Made by a program: the position numbers and the translations under genes. The notes below the pieces were generated by a model, which had not been told where the DNA came from, searched no databases, and was given only the letters and a program-made list of their open reading frames with translations. Positions 37,301 to 46,789 of a DNA stretch of 64,000 bases are shown here, in pieces (within the stretch, counting starts at the first letter, position 1; each line of letters begins with the position of its first letter). Source of the DNA: a candidate division WWE3 bacterium (GTDB taxonomy: Bacteria > Patescibacteriota > WWE3 > UBA101185 > UBA10185); contig WJKK01000001.1 in NCBI GenBank assembly GCA_014729135.1, forward strand, positions 455,599-519,598, read 5' to 3'.

Positions 37301-38677
37301 ATGCCACGACGAAAAAACCCTGTTGTAGACATGAAAGACATAGTTAGCCTTTGCAAACGCCGAGGTTTTATTTTCCCCGGCTCCGAAATTTACGGTGGCT
37401 TAGCTAACACATATGACTTAGGACCTTTAGGTGTAGAAATGTTAAGAAACATAGTTGACTCTTGGTGGGAGTTTTTTGTCCATCAACGAGAGGAAATTTA
37501 TGGCTTGGACACCTCCATTCTAATGTCTCCTCGAGTTTGGGAAGCTTCCGGCCATACAGAAAGCTTTAACGATCTTTTAGTGGATTGTAAAAATTGTCAG
37601 TTACGCACACGCGCTGATCATATTATTGAGGATTATCTAACCAAAAACGGTAAAAGTGAAAAGGTAGAAGGGCGCTCTGCAAAGGAATTAGATACTCTTA
37701 TCAACAAGTACAAAATAGAGTGTCCCGAATGTGGAGAATTTGATTGGACACCTGCGCGCGCTTTCAACCTCTTATTTAAAACCCATATAGGCATAATTCC
37801 CGGTGAAAAATCCACCGCTTACCTCCGTGGAGAAATCGCCCAAGGAATGTTTGTAAACTTCAAAAACGTACTAGACACCATGCACCCAAAACTCCCTTTT
37901 GGTTTAGCTCAATTTGGTAAAGCATTCAGAAACGAAATAACCCTAGGAAACTACATTTTTAGAACCTTAGAATTTAACTTAGCCGAATTTGAATACTTTT
38001 TTGATCCTAATGAGCAGGATTGGATGGAATATTTCAAGTTTTGGAAAGAGCAAATGGTTAAATGGATTGTTGGTTTAGGTGTTAATGAAGATCATCTTCG
38101 TTGGCGGGTTCATACAGATGATGAGCGCTCCCACTACTCCGAAAGGACTGAGGATTTAGACTTTAGGTTCCCAATGGGATATAAGGAAATGTTTGGACTA
38201 GCTTATCGAACTGATTTTGATTTGCGTAATCACATGGAAAAGTCGGGGGTTGACATGACCTATACAAATCACAAGACGGGCGAAAAGATTATTCCACATG
38301 TTGTTGAGCCTACCTTTGGAATAAATCGTGTTTTGTTTGCGCTTCTAACGGATGCCTATAATGAGGATGGAAAGCGAACGGTTTTGGAGTTGGCTCCTGA
38401 GATAGCTCCTTATAAGTTTGCAGTTTTTCCTTTGGTGCGCAATAAGCCGGAGATAGTGGAGAAGGCTCGCGAGGTGTTTAAGCATCTAAATAAGGATTAT
38501 AACGTGGCATGGGATGATCGCGGAAACATTGGTAAGCGCTATTTAAGCCAGGATGAGATTGGTACGCCTTATTGTGTGACGATTGATTATGATACGTTGG
38601 AGGATGATACGGTTACGGTGCGTGATCGTGATACTACGGAGCAGGAGCGTGTGCCTTTTAGAGATATTGCTATTTAA
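37301..38677 (+). CDS. glyQS: glycine-tRNA ligase, alpha2 type
   Basis: KRRGFIFPGSEIYGG, WEASGH, GKAFRNEIT and IGKRY..QDEIGTP. Confidence 0.96.
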   Translation: MPRRKNPVVDMKDIVSLCKRRGFIFPGSEIYGGLANTYDLGPLGVEMLRNIVDSWWEFFVHQREEIYGLDTSILMSPRVWEASGHTESFNDLLVDCKNCQLRTRADHIIEDYLTKNGKSEKVEGRSAKELDTLINKYKIECPECGEFDWTPARAFNLLFKTHIGIIPGEKSTAYLRGEIAQGMFVNFKNVLDTMHPKLPFGLAQFGKAFRNEITLGNYIFRTLEFNLAEFEYFFDPNEQDWMEYFKFWKEQMVKWIVGLGVNEDHLRWRVHTDDERSHYSERTEDLDFRFPMGYKEMFGLAYRTDFDLRNHMEKSGVDMTYTNHKTGEKIIPHVVEPTFGINRVLFALLTDAYNEDGKRTVLELAPEIAPYKFAVFPLVRNKPEIVEKAREVFKHLNKDYNVAWDDRGNIGKRYLSQDEIGTPYCVTIDYDTLEDDTVTVRDRDTTEQERVPFRDIAI

Positions 38678-38782
38678 TATTTTCTTTTGGATTACTTTTG
38701 CCACTGACCGATTTGTCTTTTTGGTTGTTTTGTAGTACTTTTCCCTCACGCAAGAGTTTTATAGGCTTCTAAAGGAGGTGAG

Positions 38783-39109
38783 ATGTACATGCCTAAGCAA
38801 CTGTCGTTTGTGCGCCCGTTCCGTGTCCGTTCTGGTGCAATAGGTGATCAGCTTTGGGAAATCCTGTATGAACTTGGTGTTCAGGATGGTGACGCAACCT
38901 TTACTGACCCCGAGGTTGAATTCGTGAGTAACCTACACGCCAACACGGCTCCCGGTGCTGAAATAGTCCTTATTACGGTGGCGGAACTATGGGAGGAGGC
39001 CTATCTTTTTCGCCGCAAAGTGGACTACCTCTATCGTGTTGATGTTGAGGGTCGCAAGCTAGCACTTCTTAAACGTCAGCTCCTTCGTATCCTTACTCAA
39101 CGCGATTAA
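38783..39109 (+). CDS. hypothetical protein
   Basis: SD AAGGAGGTGA; 108 aa; followed by a hairpin. Confidence 0.65.
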   Translation: MYMPKQLSFVRPFRVRSGAIGDQLWEILYELGVQDGDATFTDPEVEFVSNLHANTAPGAEIVLITVAELWEEAYLFRRKVDYLYRVDVEGRKLALLKRQLLRILTQRD

Positions 39110-39117
39110 CGTTTTTA

Positions 39118-39150
39118 TGGGGAGGCATCTCTGCAGCGGATGTCTCCCTA
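39118..39150 (+). terminator. terminator-like hairpin
   Basis: TGGGGAGGCATCT/GGATGTCTCCCTA, 13 bp including G.T pairs, just after stop 39109. No clear T-tract. Confidence 0.55.
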
Positions 39151-39266
39151 TCCTCTGGTTAGATTGTAAATCAAGGTAAACTTCAGATTTCATACATATT
39201 CGACCCGTATATAATGGCAAAATCCTCATCTAATAAAAAAGTGCCCGTTTTTGAGTCAGATTTGAT

Positions 39267-39341
39267 CCCAAATTTGGAGTAAATATTCATTTCGAGCGAA
39301 GCGAAACTGAACGAAAAACGAGTACTCCGAAGACTTTCGGG
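39267..39341 (+). repeat. nested-hairpin element E5 (GCGAAGC subfamily)
   Basis: TTTGGAGTA/TACTCCGAA arms around CATTTCGAGCGAAGCGAAACTGAACGAAAA; closely resembles the E4 core. Confidence 0.65.
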
Positions 39342-39352
39342 TTTTTTCTGTG

Positions 39353-39436
39353 TTGACATTGGATACTCTATGGTGGAATATAGATACAGATTGGTGATCA
39401 ATGGTGAAAAAGGACAGTCCTTTAAGAGGACTGTCC
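39353..39436 (+). promoter_or_regulatory. mraZ promoter/leader with candidate MraZ boxes
   Basis: TTGACA at 39353. TGGTG at 39371, 39392 and 39402, the last two 10 nt apart as in MraZ operator repeats. Perfect 10-bp hairpin GGACAGTCCT/AGGACTGTCC at 39412-39436. Confidence 0.55.
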
Positions 39437-39452
39437 CTCCAGAAAAACGGGT

Positions 39453-39866
39453 ATGAAAATGTTTCTTGGGGAATACAACCCTAACATAACAAGTGGAAAT
39501 CGAATAGCGCTGCCCAAGAAACACCGCGAACAACTAGCGGGAGATACTGTAGTTTTAGCCAAAGGCTTTGAAAAATGCATATTGGTTTACGATCTAAATG
39601 ACTGGTCAGATCGTGTAGAACGCCAAGTAGACAACCTAGTTTCCGAGGGCGTTAAGCGCAGTAATTTGGAACGCTACCTCTACACATCAGCAGCGGAAGC
39701 CTCCGTTGATAGCCAGGGGCGTGTTGTAATTCCATCTGAACTTAGAGAATACTCTGGCATAAACGGAAAGACAGCAGTCATTGGAGTAGGCGATCACGTA
39801 GAAGTCTGGGATGACGAATCCTGGAAAAAGCACCTTAAAAAGATATCGGAAAAAATTCCGGAGTAG
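39453..39866 (+). CDS. mraZ: division/cell-wall cluster repressor MraZ
   Basis: MFLGEY, DSQGRVVIP and VIGVGDHVEVW; first gene of the dcw cluster. Confidence 0.95.
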   Translation: MKMFLGEYNPNITSGNRIALPKKHREQLAGDTVVLAKGFEKCILVYDLNDWSDRVERQVDNLVSEGVKRSNLERYLYTSAAEASVDSQGRVVIPSELREYSGINGKTAVIGVGDHVEVWDDESWKKHLKKISEKIPE

Positions 39867-39878
39867 TTGGAGTAGCTT

Positions 39879-40799
39879 ATGCACTATCACGTTCCGGTTT
39901 TAAAAGACGAAGTTTTGACTTATTTGGCTCCTGCTGAAGGACAGAAGATTATTGACGCTACTTTGGGAGATGGAGGTCATACGCTTGCCCTTTTAAAAAA
40001 AGAGGCAGAGGTTTTGGGACTGGATTACAACCAAGAATCTTTGAAACGCGCGGAAAAAAGAATTAAAGAGCAGAGTTTAGAGAAAAATTTCACTCCAAAA
40101 TTAGGTAACTTTCGTAACATTGACAATTTAGCTACCAAAGAAGGTTTTGAGAAAGTTCATGGAATCCTTTTTGATCTCGGCTTTTCATCGACTCAGCTGG
40201 AACAAGATGAAACAGGCTTAAGCTTCCAAGAGAATCAACCTTTAGACATGCGCCTTGATAAAACATTGGGAGTTACCTCTAGCGATTTACTTCATGCGTT
40301 ATCTGAAGATGAGCTGGCTCGTTTATTTAAGGAATATTCCGATGAGCGCCATGCAAAGAGATTTGCAAGCGCAATAGTAAAGCATCGTGAATTGGAGAAG
40401 CTGCAGACCACTGAGCAACTTGCAAAATTGATTAGTGCTGCTGCCCCTCCAGGTTACGAAAAAGGGAGGATACATCCTGCTACCAGGGTTTTTCAAGCTC
40501 TGCGAATAGCAGTTAACGATGAAATTGAAAATTTGAAATTAGCACTGCCTCGGGCTGCACATTTATTACTGCCTGGCGGGCGAATGGTTGTTATAAGCTT
40601 TCATTCGCTTGAAGATAAAGCGGTCAAAGATTTTGGTCGCACTGTGCAGCCTGACCTAATTGAGCTTACTGATAGGCCTGTTACGCCATCCGATATTGAA
40701 TTGAAAAAAAATGTAAGGTCGCGAAGTGCTAAGATGCGTGTTTTTGAGAAGCAGGAGGCTGCTGAGAAAGAAGGCAGCGCTACCTCTGCCAATAATTAA
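39879..40799 (+). CDS. rsmH: 16S rRNA m4C1402 methyltransferase
   Basis: HVPVL, DATLGDGGH, HPATRVFQALRIAVNDE and ISFHSLED. Confidence 0.97.
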   Translation: MHYHVPVLKDEVLTYLAPAEGQKIIDATLGDGGHTLALLKKEAEVLGLDYNQESLKRAEKRIKEQSLEKNFTPKLGNFRNIDNLATKEGFEKVHGILFDLGFSSTQLEQDETGLSFQENQPLDMRLDKTLGVTSSDLLHALSEDELARLFKEYSDERHAKRFASAIVKHRELEKLQTTEQLAKLISAAAPPGYEKGRIHPATRVFQALRIAVNDEIENLKLALPRAAHLLLPGGRMVVISFHSLEDKAVKDFGRTVQPDLIELTDRPVTPSDIELKKNVRSRSAKMRVFEKQEAAEKEGSATSANN

Positions 40800-40811
40800 A
40801 AAATAAATAAA

Positions 40812-41150
40812 ATGAAAAAAATTAACCTAATAAACCGGAATATTCTCTCAGCAGATTTTCTAAAAAAGATTTGCAAAATTTCCGCAGCCATTTTTATTGG
40901 GTGTTTTATAGTTCAATTTTACTTAAGTAATCGCTATGCTGTGAAAAATGCATCCCTTCAGGGTTGTTTAAGTCAAAGTGCTTCCTTGGAAAAAGATCTG
41001 GCAAGACTTAAATATCGCGCCTCTCTGCTTTCTTCCCTTGAACATATAGAAAAGAAGGCAAAGGAACAGGGCTTTACTGAAATGGATCAAAATTTGTTGA
41101 CAATTGGGCCTACTACAGTGGCGTCAGCAGCTTCTTTAACAAATCGCTAG
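40812..41150 (+). CDS. FtsL-like small bitopic coiled-coil protein
   Basis: One TM plus coiled coil with IEKKAKEQGF; located between rsmH and a PBP. Confidence 0.7.
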   Translation: MKKINLINRNILSADFLKKICKISAAIFIGCFIVQFYLSNRYAVKNASLQGCLSQSASLEKDLARLKYRASLLSSLEHIEKKAKEQGFTEMDQNLLTIGPTTVASAASLTNR

Positions 41151-41216
41151 TTTCTGTGGGGAAAATTTCTATAGAGAAGCCATTAAAAGCGTCACCGGAA
41201 ACAGTAAATTTTTCCT

Positions 41217-42968
41217 TTGAAGACAGCTCTAAATAAATTTCCAAATCCAAACGTGCGAAAGTACAAAACTACAACATCTCAAAATCGAATAAAGTTCATT
41301 TCTGCTTGTTTTTTGGCAGCAGCTTCTCTTTTGGTGGCAAAGCTTTTTTACATTCAGGTGCTGTCGCATGAAAAATACGAGGCCTTGGCACAGGATCAGC
41401 ATTGGATAATAGAAGAAATTCCGGCCGGTCGTGGGACGATTTATACTAAAGATGGGGCGGTGTTGGCCTCAAATCAAGACTATTACCTTTTATATGGAGA
41501 GCCTTTGCGAGTTGATGATACGCCTTACTTGGCGGATAAATTGGCGCAGCTTCTTAGTGAAAGAGACTTTGGAACTTATGAGGAGCTTTATGCTAAGTAT
41601 GTTGATTTGTTGGATCGTGATCTCTGGTGGATTGCTTTGGAGCGCGATATTGATCCTTTAACTAAGGAGGCGCTTGAAAATCTGGAGTTGGCTGGCATTG
41701 GATTTGAGCTTGCTCCTAAGCGTTTTTATCCTGAGGAAACTTTAGCTTCGCACGTTTTGGGATTTGTGGCTTTTAACGAGGATGGCGAGCGGGTGGGCTA
41801 CTTTGGAGTTGAGGGTAATCTGGATGGTGATTTACGAGGTAAACCCGGAAAAGTAGTTCAGGAAAAAGATGCTGAAGGTAATCCCATTTTAGTAGGGGGT
41901 TATGAAAGAACTGATTCTATTAAAGGGCGTGATGTGGTTTTAACTTTGGAGCGTCCTGCTCAGTATTTAGTTGAGCGCGCCCTTGAGGATGCCGTAAAAA
42001 AATATGGAGCTGCTTCAGGAAGCGTTATTGTCATGGATCCTTTTACGGCCGAAATTATTGCCATGGCAAACTATCCGGAGTTTAACCCTGCTAAACTTGA
42101 GAGCGAATCTCAAGCTAAAAATTTGGCCATTGCAGACACTTACGAACCGGGTTCTGTTTTAAAAGCGTTCACTGTTTCTGCGGGTATTGACTCTGGTAAG
42201 ATCACGCCAGCAACTACTTTTGTGGATCGCGGTCCCGTAACTTATTCGGATTACACAATTGATAACTGGGATGGTAAACATCATGGTGTTCAGGATATAG
42301 CTCAACTCTTGCAAAAATCTAACAATATAGGAGCTGCTTGGATGGGTCATCAAGTTGGTTCTGACGACATTCACAAGTATTTTTCGCGTTTTGGTCTGGG
42401 GGAAAAGTCAGGAATTGGCCTAGAAGGTGAAGATACAGGAGTAATTCGCGATCCGGCTACTTGGACGGCAATTGATTTAGCTACTATTTCCTTTGGTCAA
42501 GGTATTTCTGCCACCCCTCTACAGGTTTTAAATGGTTTTAATGCTATTGCCAATGGAGGTGTTTTGTATCGCCCTCGAATTATTTCCGAAATTATTACAG
42601 AGGATGAGGCTTTAACAATGGAGACTAAAAAGATTCGCCGGGTTATTAGTTCAAAGACTTCGCAGACAATGGTTGATTTGTTGACTTCTGCGGTAGATCA
42701 AGGAGAGTCTAAGTTTTTTAACATTGATGGTTATAAAATAGCGGGTAAGACCGGTACGGCGCAGATTCCCGAGGAGGGTACTTATGATCCTTCGGAGACT
42801 AATGCTACGTTTGTGGGCTTTCTGGCGGGGTCTAAACAATTTTCTATGCTAGTTAGACTTGAGCGTCCTTCAACAAGTCCTTATGCAGCGGAGACGGCTG
42901 TCCCTTTATGGATGGATCTGGCGCACGAATTGGTGACTTATTACGGTATTCCCCCTGATAATTTGTAG
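41217..42968 (+). CDS. ftsI: class B penicillin-binding protein (FtsI/PBP3-like); start uncertain
   Basis: RGTIY, RFYP, GVEG, EPGSVLK (SxxK), SNN (SxN) and KTGT. Confidence 0.9.
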   Translation: MKTALNKFPNPNVRKYKTTTSQNRIKFISACFLAAASLLVAKLFYIQVLSHEKYEALAQDQHWIIEEIPAGRGTIYTKDGAVLASNQDYYLLYGEPLRVDDTPYLADKLAQLLSERDFGTYEELYAKYVDLLDRDLWWIALERDIDPLTKEALENLELAGIGFELAPKRFYPEETLASHVLGFVAFNEDGERVGYFGVEGNLDGDLRGKPGKVVQEKDAEGNPILVGGYERTDSIKGRDVVLTLERPAQYLVERALEDAVKKYGAASGSVIVMDPFTAEIIAMANYPEFNPAKLESESQAKNLAIADTYEPGSVLKAFTVSAGIDSGKITPATTFVDRGPVTYSDYTIDNWDGKHHGVQDIAQLLQKSNNIGAAWMGHQVGSDDIHKYFSRFGLGEKSGIGLEGEDTGVIRDPATWTAIDLATISFGQGISATPLQVLNGFNAIANGGVLYRPRIISEIITEDEALTMETKKIRRVISSKTSQTMVDLLTSAVDQGESKFFNIDGYKIAGKTGTAQIPEEGTYDPSETNATFVGFLAGSKQFSMLVRLERPSTSPYAAETAVPLWMDLAHELVTYYGIPPDNL

Positions 42969-43034
42969 CAAAAATTCTAGTTAAACTAGAATATTCCCCC
43001 TTGAAGTGTTTATTTGTGTTGCTATATTTAGTGT

Positions 43035-43403
43035 GTGGGTGTTTTAAGTTTAAAGTCAGGTGCTCAAGCGGAAAAAATTGCTGTTAAGTATCTGCAAAAA
43101 CTTGATTACGAAATTATAGATACAAACTGGAAGTGTAAGTGTGGCGAGATTGATATTGTTGCTTCTAAGGATTTTCAGCAGATTGTGTTTTTTGAGGTTA
43201 AGTATCGAAAGGATGCTCGTTTTGGTTATCCGGTGGAGTTTATTTCTGCCTCTAAGTTGGCTAAGTTGCGAAAGGCTATCGAGGTGTTTTTGCTTATGCA
43301 TGCTCCTGCTGACATTTCCTGGAGGCTTGATGGTTTGTGCCTTATGCCCAGGGAGGGTAAGTTGCGCCTTCGCTGGTATGAGTGTTTGTTCTCAGATATC
43401 TAA
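43035..43403 (+). CDS. yraN: YraN family PD-(D/E)XK protein
   Basis: GAQAE, GEIDIVA and FFEVKYR. Confidence 0.9.
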   Translation: MGVLSLKSGAQAEKIAVKYLQKLDYEIIDTNWKCKCGEIDIVASKDFQQIVFFEVKYRKDARFGYPVEFISASKLAKLRKAIEVFLLMHAPADISWRLDGLCLMPREGKLRLRWYECLFSDI

Positions 43404-43411
43404 TATCAATA

Positions 43412-43561
43412 TTTGTTGGAGAGATCTCGCTACTTCCTTACGTTTCGCCCGCACATATTTTTATAAATAAATGGACAGGCTGTGTTCATGGTAAATTTGC
43501 CCTTATATATTGGTTTTCGTGCGGGCTGCAAAAGTGCGTCAGTAGGAGATCTCTCCACAAA
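43412..43561 (-). repeat. nested-hairpin element E2 between convergent genes
   Basis: Outer arms TTTGT-T-GGAGAGATCTC-G-CTACT / AGTAG-GAGATCTCTCC-ACAAA. Minus-strand core CGCACTTTTGCA-GCCCGCAC..GTGCGGGC-GAAACGTAAG. Confidence 0.85.
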
Positions 43562-43563
43562 GA

Positions 43564-44667
43564 TTAATTTGAAAGTATTACTAAATTTGGTTCTGTGGTT
43601 TTGCTAGTTGCCTGAGTTGTATCTTCCCCGGCGGGCCCAGCAGCTTCTTCCACAGGGAAAAGCATTTCCTGAATATCCTCATGCAAACTTGCAAAATCCG
43701 GCTCCCGTGGGATAAAAACCCACGCATGATACTCACTATTAGGATAAAGACCCGGATGATAAACATACTTCCCATCAACAACAAAGGAAACCACCTTGTA
43801 ATCCTCCCGATCCTTGTAAAAATCCCACAAATAGCGCACATCCTCCAATTTAAGCGTTGTGTACATCCGCTGAGCTGCCGTAACTGCCTTATAAAATTTC
43901 TCAATATCCATCGGCCAAAAATCACTTGCCGGTTGACTAACTCCCTCTACCATGCCTGCCAAAATTCTATGTTGTCTTTTAGCACGCATTAAATCACTAC
44001 CCTCACCATTAGTACCCTTACGGGAACGTGCAAAATCCAAAGCCCTCCAACCATCCATAACCTCACGACCCGCCTCAAAACTTACCGGCTTTAACCCCGT
44101 ATCCGTGTTATTTGGAAAGTGCGTATCTGTAAAACTTCGTTCAACCTCAACAGGAACACCTCCAAATGAGTCTACAATCCAACGGAAATCTTCAAAGTCG
44201 CAGCGAATATAACCATCCACCTCCAAACCGGTAACCTGCTCAAACGCATCAATTAAAGTTTCAGGACCCTTAACCGAATATAAAGCGTTAATCTTATTAC
44301 TATTTACCCAAAGATCCCGCGGTACTGAAGTTAAAAGCATAACATTATCCTCTGGATTTAAACTGGCAAGAATCATGACGTCGGTGTTATAAGTTGTAGC
44401 TGCTTTACTTCTGCGGTCTATGCCCAAAAGAAGCACATTAATAACATCTTTATTTGCAAGTTCGGACTTAGGTTTTTCTGCCTCTTTTGAGGCTAAATCT
44501 CCAAAACCAATGCCTCCGGAATTTTCATCTTCAGTACCTTCCTCCAAAGAACTTTTTGCCAAATTCTCCTCCTCCTGCCGAATAAAACGAGGCCTTAAAC
44601 CTAAAAAGATTCCTGTAGCAATTGCCCCTGTAACAACCGCTAATTGTATAAACAGTTTTTTGTTCAC
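43564..44667 (-). CDS. LCP (LytR-CpsA-Psr) family glycopolymer transferase
   Basis: N-terminal TM, NVLLLGID, TDVMIL, SVPRDLWV, KINA and RAKRQ. Confidence 0.93.
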   Translation of the reverse strand: MNKKLFIQLAVVTGAIATGIFLGLRPRFIRQEEENLAKSSLEEGTEDENSGGIGFGDLASKEAEKPKSELANKDVINVLLLGIDRRSKAATTYNTDVMILASLNPEDNVMLLTSVPRDLWVNSNKINALYSVKGPETLIDAFEQVTGLEVDGYIRCDFEDFRWIVDSFGGVPVEVERSFTDTHFPNNTDTGLKPVSFEAGREVMDGWRALDFARSRKGTNGEGSDLMRAKRQHRILAGMVEGVSQPASDFWPMDIEKFYKAVTAAQRMYTTLKLEDVRYLWDFYKDREDYKVVSFVVDGKYVYHPGLYPNSEYHAWVFIPREPDFASLHEDIQEMLFPVEEAAGPAGEDTTQATSKTTEPNLVILSN

Positions 44668-44722
44668 CCTATCAGGATATTAGTGTTTACTTTTAGAGTC
44701 AAATTACTTATGATTAGTTCAT

Positions 44723-45121
44723 ATGAAAAAAATTCTCATCATAGAAGACGACCAATCCCTTTATAACGTTTACTCCGCTGAATTAAAGCTTCGAGGTTAC
44801 GAAGTAGAACATGAAGCCGACGGAATGAAAGCCATGGCTAAAATCGAGGATTACAAACCCGATTTAATCTTGCTTGACATAATCCTTCCGGGAAGAAACG
44901 GGCTGGAAATTCTGGAGGAAATGTTTAGTCGCGATGAATTTGAGGACATGAAAGTAATTATGGTTACAAATTACGGTAACGACTCTAATGTTAAAAAGGC
45001 TTTGGAGTTGGGCGCAATTGACTACGTATTAAAGTACAACATTGTGCCGTCTGAATTATCTGCCCGAGTAGCTGAGGCTTTGGGGGAGAGTGAAGATACT
45101 CCGGTTAAAATAACAAGCTAA
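44723..45121 (+). CDS. single-domain response regulator (REC)
   Basis: ILIIEDD, LLDIILP and GAIDYVLK. Confidence 0.93.
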   Translation: MKKILIIEDDQSLYNVYSAELKLRGYEVEHEADGMKAMAKIEDYKPDLILLDIILPGRNGLEILEEMFSRDEFEDMKVIMVTNYGNDSNVKKALELGAIDYVLKYNIVPSELSARVAEALGESEDTPVKITS

Positions 45122-45136
45122 ACTACTAAAACACCA

Positions 45137-46783
45137 ATGGATTTGTGGGTTAAGATCTTAATAGGAATATCAATTCCCTTTTTTGCTCTTGTAGCTGTTG
45201 TAGTTTATCGCCTTCTAACTCTTCAGAAAAGCTTAGGTAAAACAAAATACCTGACGCTTGATCCTTCTGTCATTCATGCTTTGGTTACACGTGTAAGTAA
45301 AGAGTATGCAGAGGATTTGGATCTTAAGGCTGCTTTAGACTTGCTGATAGAAGTTTTAATTGACAATGTGTCTTTTACTGCAGCTTCGTTTTTAATTCCT
45401 GTTACGGAAAATAGTTCTGATTTTAATTTCAAATCTCACTTGGTTTATGAGGTTCCCGAGGCTTACGTTAAAGGCAATATTGACGTTTTGAAAAAGTATG
45501 TGGAAGAGCATATGGAGGTTTCCGTTGAGAATATTAATCGGGAGGTTGAAGGTGGGCCTATTAATTCTTCCAGTAATGTGCAAGCTTTATCTCGGGTTAT
45601 TTTGCCTATAGAGGTAGGCCTTCTGAGAGGGGCTTTATGCATAACTTCGCGAAAGCGTGATCATTTTTCTGAACAATTAACGGAGGATCTTAAAGAGCTT
45701 ATTCATTCGGTTTCAGAGTGTTTGGAGTTGTTATGGGGAGTGGCCCGTAGAGAGCGTCGCAAGTTTAAGGCCATGGTTGATAGCATGCGTGATGGTGTTT
45801 TTATGGTAGACGAGGAGTATCGCTTTTTAATTGCTAATCCTGCACTGAAGGACATGTTAGGGCTTTATTCATCTGAGTCCGTAAATGTTGTACGCGTTTC
45901 TAGCTTTTTTTCACGCCATCTTTCCTTTGAGGATTTGGTTTCGGAAGTTTTTGTTATGGGTAAGACCAAAAAGATTGAGCATCTGGAGCTCGAAGACAAG
46001 ATTTATACGCTTACGGTTATTCCGGTGAAGGTGAAAAATGTTGTGTCTGCAGTGGTTTGCCTTTTGGAGGATCAAACAAAAGATGCTGAACTTGAAGAAA
46101 TGCGTCGGGACTTTTCAGCCATGATTATCCATGAACTTCGTTCTCCTTTGTCGGTTATTCGAGGGACTTCTGACTTTTTGTTGAAGGAATCGGCTAATAT
46201 GGATGATTCACAAGAAATGACTTTTATGGAGCAGATTAAAGAGTCTTCTACTAAGCTTTTGGCTTTGGTTAACAATTTGCTGGATTCTGCAAAGATAGAA
46301 AGTGGAAAGATAGAATTGTCCAAAAAGATGACAGACTTGGCCAAGCTGATTAAGAGTGAGGTTGAATACTATGCTTATTCTGCCCGCCAAAAGAAGATAA
46401 ACTTAAAGTCAGATGTTGAGGTTGGTCTAGCCGAGGTGAACGTGGATTCGGAGAAGATTCAACAGGTGCTTAATAACCTTATTTCTAATGCGCTTAAATA
46501 CACTCCGGATGGTGGGGAGATAGTGGTTGGGGCTTTGCATACGGGGGACACTGTTCGTCTCTATGTATCTGATACGGGAAGGGGTATAGCAGATGAAAAT
46601 AAGGATCAGATATTTGATAAATATAAGCGTGTTGAAGGCGGCTCTTTAACTTCGGATGGTGAAAAGAGTACGGGGCTTGGTTTGGCTATTTCCAAGGGAA
46701 TTGTGGAGGCTCATGAAGGAAAGATTTGGGTTGAGGATAATGAGCCTAAAGGATCTCGCTTTATTGTTGAGTTGCCCGCTTAA
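45137..46783 (+). CDS. sensor histidine kinase (TM, GAF-like, PAS, HisKA, HATPase)
   Basis: HELRSPL, NLISNALKY, DTGRGI and GLGLAIS. Confidence 0.95.
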   Translation: MDLWVKILIGISIPFFALVAVVVYRLLTLQKSLGKTKYLTLDPSVIHALVTRVSKEYAEDLDLKAALDLLIEVLIDNVSFTAASFLIPVTENSSDFNFKSHLVYEVPEAYVKGNIDVLKKYVEEHMEVSVENINREVEGGPINSSSNVQALSRVILPIEVGLLRGALCITSRKRDHFSEQLTEDLKELIHSVSECLELLWGVARRERRKFKAMVDSMRDGVFMVDEEYRFLIANPALKDMLGLYSSESVNVVRVSSFFSRHLSFEDLVSEVFVMGKTKKIEHLELEDKIYTLTVIPVKVKNVVSAVVCLLEDQTKDAELEEMRRDFSAMIIHELRSPLSVIRGTSDFLLKESANMDDSQEMTFMEQIKESSTKLLALVNNLLDSAKIESGKIELSKKMTDLAKLIKSEVEYYAYSARQKKINLKSDVEVGLAEVNVDSEKIQQVLNNLISNALKYTPDGGEIVVGALHTGDTVRLYVSDTGRGIADENKDQIFDKYKRVEGGSLTSDGEKSTGLGLAISKGIVEAHEGKIWVEDNEPKGSRFIVELPA

Positions 46784-46789
46784 TCTTTT

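Noticed and set aside
38690-38745. ACTTTTGCCA..GTAG upstream of ORF 38783 as another family copy
   Set aside because: No CGTR and only weak pairing; better read as a promoter region.
39183-39533. 116-aa minus ORF over the mraZ promoter
   Set aside because: Overlaps mraZ, its promoter and element E5; no protein-like motifs.
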